From the NCBI GenBank assembly GCA_016177875.1, contig JACOUL010000008.1, forward strand, positions 79,432-143,431: DNA of 64,000 nt. The letters run 5' to 3'. A program made the position numbers and the translations under genes. This document shows, piece by piece, positions 57,054-64,000 of the stretch. This DNA comes from Burkholderiales bacterium. GTDB lineage: Bacteria > Pseudomonadota > Gammaproteobacteria > Burkholderiales > Burkholderiaceae_D. How positions within the stretch are numbered: position 1 is the first letter of the stretch; each line of letters begins with the position of its first letter. The notes under the pieces are model-generated. The model saw only the letters and a program-made list of their open reading frames with translations. It made no database searches and was not told where the DNA came from.

Positions 57054-58304
57054 GTGGCTTCAAACCAGGGCAGGCAAATATCCGTTTTAGCCAGCAGCAC
57101 TTTCGCGTTCACTATCTGCTTTGCAGTGTGGATGATGTTTGCAGTGCTCGGTATTCCGATCAAGGCCCAGCTGGGGCTGAACGAAACACAGTTTGGTCTA
57201 TTGGCGGCGACGCCGGTGTTGACCGGCTCGCTGGTGCGGGTGCCGCTCGGCATTTGGACCGATCGCTTCGGCGGCAGAATCGTCCTGTTTGTCCTGATGC
57301 TGTCGACCGTGGTGCCGATCTACTTGATCAGCTACGCGACCGAATACTGGCATTTCCTGGTGCTCGGCTTATTCGTCGGTGTCGCGGGCGGTTCGTTTTC
57401 GGTGGGGACGCCTTACGTTGCGCGCTGGTTCCCGAAAAACCGCCAAGGCTTGGCGATGGGGATATTCGGTGCAGGCAATTCCGGTTCGGCCCTGACCAAG
57501 TTCGTTGCGCCTTCCATCATCGCCGCATTCGGCTGGCAATTTCTTCCCAAGGTATATGCGGTCGCGATGCTGGTCACCGCCGTGGTGTTCTGGCTTTTTT
57601 CCTTCAGCGATAAATCCCACACGGTTACTTCCAATGTGTCCTTCATGGAGCAAATGAAGGTATTGAAGGACCCGCGCGTTTGGCGCTATTGCCAGTATTA
57701 CTCGGTCGTGTTCGGCGGCTATGTGGCCTTGGCGCTGTGGATGACCAAGTACTACGTATCCGAATACGGCTTCGACATGAAGCTGGCCGCGCTGCTCGCC
57801 GCTTGCTTCTCCTTACCGGGCGGCGTGCTGCGCGCGCTCGGCGGCTGGATCGCCGACAAATACGGCGCCTACAAGGTGACCTGGTGGGTGATGTGGGTGT
57901 GCTGGGTGTGCTTCTTCTTGCTGTCGTATCCGCAGACCGACATGGTGATCCGGACCGTGAAAGGCGAGATGAACGTGCACATCGGCGTTTCCCCCGTGAT
58001 GTTCACCGTGCTGCTGTTTGTCGTCGGCGTCGCTACCGCCATCGGCAAGGCATCGGTCTTCAAGTTCATTTCGGATGACTTCACCCACAACATCGGCGCC
58101 GTTTCCGGCGTGGTGGGCTTAGCCGGTGGCTTGGGCGGCTTCATTTTGCCGATCATGTTCGGCGCGCTGGTGGACATCACCGGCGTGCGGTCCAGCGCAT
58201 TCATGCTGCTGTACGGAACCGTGTGCGTGTCGCTGGTGTGGATGCATTACTCGTTTAGGCCGGAACGCGCGATGGCTGCGCGCGCCGCCCATGCAATGGT
58301 ATAG
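57054..58304 (+). CDS. narK: Nitrate/nitrite transporter NarK (MFS), first of two
   Basis: 12-TM MFS transporter. GTG start with GAGGGG RBS. NarK-type motifs (GxxxDRxGGR). Confidence 0.8.
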   Translation: MASNQGRQISVLASSTFAFTICFAVWMMFAVLGIPIKAQLGLNETQFGLLAATPVLTGSLVRVPLGIWTDRFGGRIVLFVLMLSTVVPIYLISYATEYWHFLVLGLFVGVAGGSFSVGTPYVARWFPKNRQGLAMGIFGAGNSGSALTKFVAPSIIAAFGWQFLPKVYAVAMLVTAVVFWLFSFSDKSHTVTSNVSFMEQMKVLKDPRVWRYCQYYSVVFGGYVALALWMTKYYVSEYGFDMKLAALLAACFSLPGGVLRALGGWIADKYGAYKVTWWVMWVCWVCFFLLSYPQTDMVIRTVKGEMNVHIGVSPVMFTVLLFVVGVATAIGKASVFKFISDDFTHNIGAVSGVVGLAGGLGGFILPIMFGALVDITGVRSSAFMLLYGTVCVSLVWMHYSFRPERAMAARAAHAMV

Positions 58305-58333
58305 CAAATAAAGATCTTTTCAGGAGAACCAAC

Positions 58334-59719
58334 GTGAGTAAATATGTGCTTACCCAATGGGAACCCGAAGCGCCGTCTTTCTGGGCTTCTTCGGGCAAAT
58401 CGACGGCCAATCGCAATCTGTGGATTTCGATCCCGGCGTTGTTGCTGGCATTCGCAGTGTGGATGGTGTGGAGCGTGGTGGTAGTGAACTTGCCCAGTAT
58501 CGGCTTCCAGTACAGCACCAACCAATTGTTTTGGCTCGCCGCCTTGCCGGGCTTGTCCGGCGCGACGCTGCGGATTTTCTATTCGTTCATGGTGCCGATT
58601 TTCGGCGGACGCAAGTGGACGACGATCTCCACGGCATCTCTGCTGATCCCGGCGATCGGCATCGGCTTCGCGGTGCAAGACCCCAACACGAGCTACCCGA
58701 CCATGCTGCTGTTGGCCTTGCTGTGCGGTTTCGGCGGCGGCAACTTCGCTTCCTCGATGGCCAACATCAGCTTCTTCTTTCCGAAAGCGCAAAAGGGTTA
58801 TGCGCTCGGCATGAATGCCGGCCTGGGTAACCTGGGCGTGTCGGCGGTGCAGTTTGTGGTGCCGATCGTGATCACTTTCGCCGCCTTCGGCGCGCTCGGC
58901 GGTGCGCCGCAATCCATGACCAAGGCGGGACAGGTCCAGCAAATCTGGTTGCAAAATGCAGGCTTCATCTGGGTGCCATTTATCGCGATTACCACCTTGG
59001 CTGCTTGGTTCGGCATGAACGACATTGCCTCCGCCAAAGCATCGTTCAGTGAGCAAGCGGTTATATTCAAGCGCAAGCATAATTGGCTGATGTGCTGGCT
59101 GTATGTAGGCACCTTCGGTTCCTTCATCGGTTACTCCGCCGGTTTTCCGCTGCTGACCAAAACGCAATTCCCGGACGTCAATCCGCTGCAATACGCTTTC
59201 CTCGGTCCTTTGGTCGGTGCGCTGGCGCGCGTGGCGGGCGGTTGGATTTCCGACAAACTGGGCGGCGCGATCGTCACGTTCTGGACTTTCATCGTGATGA
59301 TCATTGCTGTCTTCGGTGTCCTGAATTTCTTGCCGCATAACGGCGTCGCCGGCAACTTTACCGGCTTCTTCTGGATGTTCATGCTGTTGTTCGCCGGCAC
59401 CGGCGTCGGCAATGCATCCACCTTCCGCATGATTCCGGTGATCTTCTTGACCGAACGTCAACGCGCCGCAGCCGGCAAGGGGGCGCAAGCGCAACATCAA
59501 GCAATCGCCGATGCCAACAAGGAAGGCGCTGCCGTATTGGGCTTCACCTCTGCCGTGGCTGCTTATGGCGCCTTCTTCATTCCGAAGAGCTACGGCACGT
59601 CGATCGCCATGACCGGCAGCCCGAATGCGGCGCTGTATTGCTTCATCGGTTTCTACGTGACATGCGTCGTCATCACTTGGTGGTTCTATTCGCGCAAGGG
59701 CGCGGAAATGCCTTGTTAA
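58334..59719 (+). CDS. narK: Nitrate/nitrite antiporter NarK2 (MFS)
   Basis: Second NarK-family transporter immediately upstream of narG. Confidence 0.8.
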   Translation: MSKYVLTQWEPEAPSFWASSGKSTANRNLWISIPALLLAFAVWMVWSVVVVNLPSIGFQYSTNQLFWLAALPGLSGATLRIFYSFMVPIFGGRKWTTISTASLLIPAIGIGFAVQDPNTSYPTMLLLALLCGFGGGNFASSMANISFFFPKAQKGYALGMNAGLGNLGVSAVQFVVPIVITFAAFGALGGAPQSMTKAGQVQQIWLQNAGFIWVPFIAITTLAAWFGMNDIASAKASFSEQAVIFKRKHNWLMCWLYVGTFGSFIGYSAGFPLLTKTQFPDVNPLQYAFLGPLVGALARVAGGWISDKLGGAIVTFWTFIVMIIAVFGVLNFLPHNGVAGNFTGFFWMFMLLFAGTGVGNASTFRMIPVIFLTERQRAAAGKGAQAQHQAIADANKEGAAVLGFTSAVAAYGAFFIPKSYGTSIAMTGSPNAALYCFIGFYVTCVVITWWFYSRKGAEMPC

Positions 59720-59868
59720 AAACTTTCAGTTAAAGCATCTACGCCTTAATGACTAGTCGGGCTAGTTCCAATCTCCGGGGCTGGCCCGACTTAGGACGAA
59801 TATCAAGCAAAGCCGGTAGTCCGTAGACTTCTTCTCATAGACACGAACCGCCAGTACAAGAGGAAAAC

Positions 59869-62800
59869 ATGAGTCACTTTCTGGATCGATTAAAGTTTTT
59901 CAGCAAGACGAAAGAAACCTTTTCCAACGGCCACGGCGCCGTGGTGCAGGAAGATCGCACCTGGGAAAACGCTTATCGCCAGCGCTGGCAGCATGACAAG
60001 ATCGTGCGTTCCACCCATGGTGTGAACTGCACCGGCTCATGCAGCTGGAAAGTCTATGTGAAGAACGGCTTGATCACATGGGAAACGCAGCAAACCGACT
60101 ATCCGCGCACGCGCCCGGATTTGCCCAACCATGAACCGCGCGGCTGCCCGCGCGGCGCTTCGTATTCCTGGTACGTGTATTCCGCCCAGCGCGTGAAATA
60201 CCCGATGGTGCGCGGCCGCTTGATGGAGATGTGGCGCGAAGCGCGTCTGACCATGGACCCGATCAAGGCATGGGAATATATCAGTCAAAACCCGGAGCGG
60301 GCGAAGAAATATAAATCGGTGCGCGGGCAGGGCGGCTTCGTGCGCGCCAAGTGGGATGAAGTCAACGAAATCATTGCCGCCGCCAATGCATTTACGGTCA
60401 AGAAATTCGGTCCCGACCGCGTGGTCGGCTTCTCGCCGATTCCCGCCATGTCGATGGTCAGTTACGCGGCCGGTTCGCGCTACCTTTCCCTGATCGGCGG
60501 CGTGCCGCTCTCCTTCTACGATTGGTATTGCGATTTGCCGCCGTCTTCGCCGCAAATTTGGGGCGAGCAAACCGACGTGCCGGAATCGGCCGATTGGTAC
60601 AACTCGACCTACCTGATGGTGTGGGGCTCCAACATCCCGATGACCCGCACGCCCGACGCCCACTTCTACACCGAGGTGCGCTACAAGGGCACCAAGACGG
60701 TTGCCGTGTCTTCCGATTTCGGCGAGATGGCCAAGTTTGGCGACATCTGGCTGGCGCCCAAGCAAGGCACGGATGCCGCACTGGCGATGGCGATGGGGCA
60801 CGTGATCCTGAAGGAATTCCATGTCAGCGGCAAGTCGCAATACTTCCGCGACTATGCGCGTCAATACACGGACTTCCCGATGCTGGTGGTCTTGAAGGAA
60901 AAAGATGAAACGCTGATTCCCGATTACTTCCTGCGTGCATCGAACCTGGCCAACAATCTGGATGAAGCCAACAACCCGGAATGGAAAACCCTGGTGATCG
61001 ACGATGCCACCGGCCAGATCGTCGCGCCGGCCGGCACCATCGGTTTCCGTTGGGGCGAGTCCGGCAAATGGAATTTGGAATTGAAAGAAGGCGGCAGCGG
61101 CAAGCCCATCACGCCCCGTCTGTCGTTGATTGATTGCCGCGATGACGTGGCGACGGTCGGCTTCCCCTATTTCGGCGGCCAGGATGCGAAAGATCTATTG
61201 CATCGCCGCGTGCCGGTCAAGCGCGTGCAATTGGCCGACGGCAGCGAAGTGCTGGTGGTGACCGTCTATGATTTGTCGATCGCCAACTACGGCATCGATC
61301 GCGGCTTGGGCGGCAACAACGTCGCCAAGGATTACGACGACGACGTTCCATATACGCCGAAGTGGCAAGAGAAGCATACCGGCGTCAAAGCCGCCGACGT
61401 GATCACCGTCGCCCGCGAATTCGCCGATAACGCCGACAAGACGCGCGGAAAAAGCATGGTCATCGTCGGCGCCGCGTTGAATCACTGGTATCACATGGAC
61501 ATGACGTATCGCGGCATCATCAACATGTTGATGATGTGCGGTTGCGTCGGTCAATCCGGCGGCGGCTGGGCACACTACGTGGGCCAGGAAAAGCTGCGTC
61601 CGCAAACCGGCTGGACCCCGCTCGCATTCGCACTCGACTGGCACCGTCCTTCGCGCCAGATGAACGGCACCTCGTTCTTCTATGCGCATACCAGCCAATG
61701 GCGTCACGAGAAACTCCATACCTCGGAAATTCTGTGCCCGACAGCGGACAAGCATGTCGGACAGATGGCGCTGATCGACTTTAACGCCAAAGCCGAACGC
61801 ATGGGTTGGCTGCCTTCGGCGCCGCAATTGGAAACCAATCCATTGGAAATCACGCGCGCCGCCCATGCGGCCGGCCAGGATCCGGTGCAATACGCCGTCG
61901 AGCAAATCAAGAATAAAAAGCTGCATTTTTCTTGTGACGATCCGGACAATCCGGCCAACTTTCCGCGCAATATGTTTGTGTGGCGCTCCAATATTCTCGG
62001 CAGTTCGGGTAAGGGGCATGAATACTTCCTCAAGTATTTGCTCGGCACCCAGAACGCGGTGATGAGCGAGGAAGAAGGCTGCGTCAAGCCCAAGCACGTC
62101 AAACTGCGTCCGGCTGCGGAAGGCAAGCTTGATCTGATGGTGGTGCTGGACTTCCGCATGTCGACCACCTGCTTGTACGGCGACGTCGTATTGCCGACCG
62201 CGACCTGGTACGAGAAGGATGACTTGAATACGTCCGACATGCATCCTTTTATTCATCCGCTGTCGGAAGCGGTGCAGCCGTTGTGGCAATCCAAATCGGA
62301 TTGGGAAATTTACAAAGGCATCGCGAAGAAATTTACCGAAATCGCCGGCGATTATCTCGGCACGCAACAGGATTTGGTGTTGACGCCGCTGATGCATGAC
62401 ACGCCGGGCGAACTCGGCCAGCCTTTCGACCCGAAAGATTGGCGCGCAGGCGAATGCGAGCCTATCCCCGGCAAGACCATGCCGAGCATGACGGTGGTGG
62501 AGCGCAATTATCGCGACGTCTACAAGAAGTTCACCTCGGTCGGCCCCTTGCTGGAAAAAGTGGGCAACGGCGGCAAAGGCATCTCCTGGAAAACGGCGCA
62601 TGAAGTCGATGTGCTGCGCGGCTTGAACCGCGTGGTGACGGAAGAAGGTGTCTCGCAAGGATTGCCGCAATTGAATACCGCTATCGACGCAGCTGAAATG
62701 ATCTTGACGCTCGCCCCGGAAACCAACGGCCACGTGGCGGTCAAGGCATGGGATGCATTGTCGAAGATTACCGGCCGCGACCATACGCACCTGGCCATTC

Positions 62801-63681
62801 CGCGCGAGCACGATTCCATCCGCTTCCGCGACGTGCAGGCGCAGCCGCGCAAGATCATCTCGTCGCCGACTTGGTCCGGTCTGGAATCGGAAGAAGTCAG
62901 CTACAACGCCGGCTACACCAACGTGCATGAACTGATTCCTTGGAGGACCTTGACCGGTCGCCAGCAGTTCTACCAAGACCACTTGTGGATGCGTGAATTC
63001 GGCGAAGGCTTCTGTGTGTATAAGCCGGCGATCAATACCAAGACCACGGCGTCGGTGTTGAACAGCAAGCCGAACGGCAACAAGGAAATTGCGCTGAACT
63101 GGATCACGCCGCATCAGAAGTGGGGCATCCACTCCACCTACTCGGACAACCTGCGCATGCTGACCTTGTCGCGCGGCGGCCCGCACGTGTGGCTCTCGGA
63201 AATCGATGCCAAGACAGCCGGCATTGTCGACAACGACTGGATCGAGGTATTCAACGTCAACGGCACCCTGACGGCCAGAGCAGTGGTCAGCCAGCGAGTC
63301 CCGGTTGGCATGACATTGATGTACCACGCCCAGGAGAAGATCGTGAATGCGCCGGGCGCGGAAATGTCCGGCAAGCGCGGCGGTATCCATAACTCGGTCA
63401 CGCGTGCGGTCACCAAGCCGACCCACATGATCGGCGGCTATGCGCAGCTTTCATACGGCTTCAATTACTACGGCACTGTCGGCTCCAACCGCGACGAGTT
63501 TGTGTTGATTCGCAAGATGAACAAGGTCGATTGGCTGGAGGGGCCGCTCGTGGAAGAGCCGGAAAGCAAGACGACGACGCCTTCATCCGGCGAACACGGC
63601 GCGGTAGCGAAACCGCATGTGTCGAGCACGGAACGCGAAGAAGCCGCAGTGACGATGAAAACATCGCCCAAGGGCGTGTAA
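59869..63681 (+). CDS. narG: Respiratory nitrate reductase alpha subunit
   Basis: 1270 aa. N-terminal H/CxxxC...C [4Fe-4S] motif (HGVNCTGSCSWKVY). Molybdopterin-binding domains. Confidence 0.9.
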   Translation: MSHFLDRLKFFSKTKETFSNGHGAVVQEDRTWENAYRQRWQHDKIVRSTHGVNCTGSCSWKVYVKNGLITWETQQTDYPRTRPDLPNHEPRGCPRGASYSWYVYSAQRVKYPMVRGRLMEMWREARLTMDPIKAWEYISQNPERAKKYKSVRGQGGFVRAKWDEVNEIIAAANAFTVKKFGPDRVVGFSPIPAMSMVSYAAGSRYLSLIGGVPLSFYDWYCDLPPSSPQIWGEQTDVPESADWYNSTYLMVWGSNIPMTRTPDAHFYTEVRYKGTKTVAVSSDFGEMAKFGDIWLAPKQGTDAALAMAMGHVILKEFHVSGKSQYFRDYARQYTDFPMLVVLKEKDETLIPDYFLRASNLANNLDEANNPEWKTLVIDDATGQIVAPAGTIGFRWGESGKWNLELKEGGSGKPITPRLSLIDCRDDVATVGFPYFGGQDAKDLLHRRVPVKRVQLADGSEVLVVTVYDLSIANYGIDRGLGGNNVAKDYDDDVPYTPKWQEKHTGVKAADVITVAREFADNADKTRGKSMVIVGAALNHWYHMDMTYRGIINMLMMCGCVGQSGGGWAHYVGQEKLRPQTGWTPLAFALDWHRPSRQMNGTSFFYAHTSQWRHEKLHTSEILCPTADKHVGQMALIDFNAKAERMGWLPSAPQLETNPLEITRAAHAAGQDPVQYAVEQIKNKKLHFSCDDPDNPANFPRNMFVWRSNILGSSGKGHEYFLKYLLGTQNAVMSEEEGCVKPKHVKLRPAAEGKLDLMVVLDFRMSTTCLYGDVVLPTATWYEKDDLNTSDMHPFIHPLSEAVQPLWQSKSDWEIYKGIAKKFTEIAGDYLGTQQDLVLTPLMHDTPGELGQPFDPKDWRAGECEPIPGKTMPSMTVVERNYRDVYKKFTSVGPLLEKVGNGGKGISWKTAHEVDVLRGLNRVVTEEGVSQGLPQLNTAIDAAEMILTLAPETNGHVAVKAWDALSKITGRDHTHLAIPREHDSIRFRDVQAQPRKIISSPTWSGLESEEVSYNAGYTNVHELIPWRTLTGRQQFYQDHLWMREFGEGFCVYKPAINTKTTASVLNSKPNGNKEIALNWITPHQKWGIHSTYSDNLRMLTLSRGGPHVWLSEIDAKTAGIVDNDWIEVFNVNGTLTARAVVSQRVPVGMTLMYHAQEKIVNAPGAEMSGKRGGIHNSVTRAVTKPTHMIGGYAQLSYGFNYYGTVGSNRDEFVLIRKMNKVDWLEGPLVEEPESKTTTPSSGEHGAVAKPHVSSTEREEAAVTMKTSPKGV

Positions 63682-63698
63682 GAGGAACAGGAGCAAAC

Positions 63699-64000
63699 AT
63701 GAAAATCAGAGCGCAAATCGGCATGGTGTTGAATCTGGATAAGTGCATCGGTTGCCACACCTGTTCTATCACGTGCAAAAACGTCTGGACCAGCCGCGAC
63801 GGTGTCGAATACGCATGGTTCAACAACGTTGAAACCAAGCCCGGCATCGGTTATCCGAAAGAATGGGAAAACCAGGACAAGTGGAACGGCGGCTGGAAGC
63901 GTAATGCCGCCGGCAAGCTGGAGCCGCGCCAAGGCAGCCGCTTGAAAATCCTGGCCAACATTTTTGCGAATCCGAACCTGCCGTCCATCGACGAGTACTA
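63699..64000 (+). CDS. narH: Respiratory nitrate reductase beta subunit (5' part; continues past the window end)
   Basis: MKIRAQIGMVLNLDKCIGCHTCSITCKNVW: ferredoxin-like CxxCxxC NarH N-terminus. Confidence 0.85.
   Translation, partial: MKIRAQIGMVLNLDKCIGCHTCSITCKNVWTSRDGVEYAWFNNVETKPGIGYPKEWENQDKWNGGWKRNAAGKLEPRQGSRLKILANIFANPNLPSIDEY

Noticed and set aside
61195-63426. 743-aa ORF antisense to narG (similar cases: 54473-56122 in hemN, 53225-54271 in hemL, 31451-32482 in the MVP-like gene, 38639-39712 in nnrS)
   Set aside because: All lie wholly inside strongly supported genes on the opposite strand, with GC-bias-driven open frames and no motifs.
1-64000. CRISPR arrays, rRNA genes, additional tRNAs
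   Set aside because: No regularly spaced short direct repeats, rRNA-like segments or additional cloverleaf candidates were found on reading. The only tRNA-like sequences are tRNA-Val and its 45-bp partial repeat.

Overview
High-GC (~60-65%) chromosomal segment, most likely from a betaproteobacterium (Oxalobacteraceae-like), with a lower-GC accessory island of ~17 kb inserted at a tRNA-Val gene.

Core backbone, left part (1-13.4 kb): mltD (partial), a nitronate monooxygenase-family gene, gloB, a yafS-like methyltransferase, rnhA, a MarR-regulated RND efflux operon (adaptor, pump, outer-membrane channel), a YciI/DGPF-like gene with an ECF42-type sigma factor, and dnaQ.

Island (13.5-30.4 kb): bounded by tRNA-Val(CAC) at 13432-13506 and a 45-bp direct repeat of the tRNA 3' end at 30334-30378 (1 mismatch). 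Only a ~26-codon integrase N-terminal remnant survives. Contents:
- a nine-gene array of hypothetical proteins, several resembling polymorphic-toxin immunity families (SUFU-like, SUKH/SMI1-KNR4-like, DUF4259 N-terminus) with no toxin gene visible;
- two tandem cassettes of a small ORF plus an Rv2179c-like DEDDh 3'-5' exonuclease. The first small ORF is a VbhA-family antitoxin with an intact S-x-x-x-E-G motif, but no Fic partner is present in the window. This is the most unusual feature here;
- a 1211-aa MmeI-like Type IIG restriction-modification fusion enzyme;
- an HTH-MntA-HepT module;
- an IS1595-family transposase;
- two further regulator-like genes next to the right-hand repeat.

Core backbone, right part (30.4-64 kb): an anaerobic / NO-stress / denitrification region. 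It contains an MVP-repeat/SPFH-like protein cluster, qNOR norB with a clear NsrR box, nsrR, a Dnr-like regulator, nnrS, DUF2249 and hemerythrin genes, ubiU-ubiV-ubiT, a RelE/HigB-like toxin with HTH antitoxin, nrdD with its glycyl-radical domain in a separate small ORF, nrdG, a tandem NrdR box, hemL, hemN, narK1-narK2-narG and the start of narH.

Many long antisense ORFs in the six-frame track are GC-bias artefacts and were not called.
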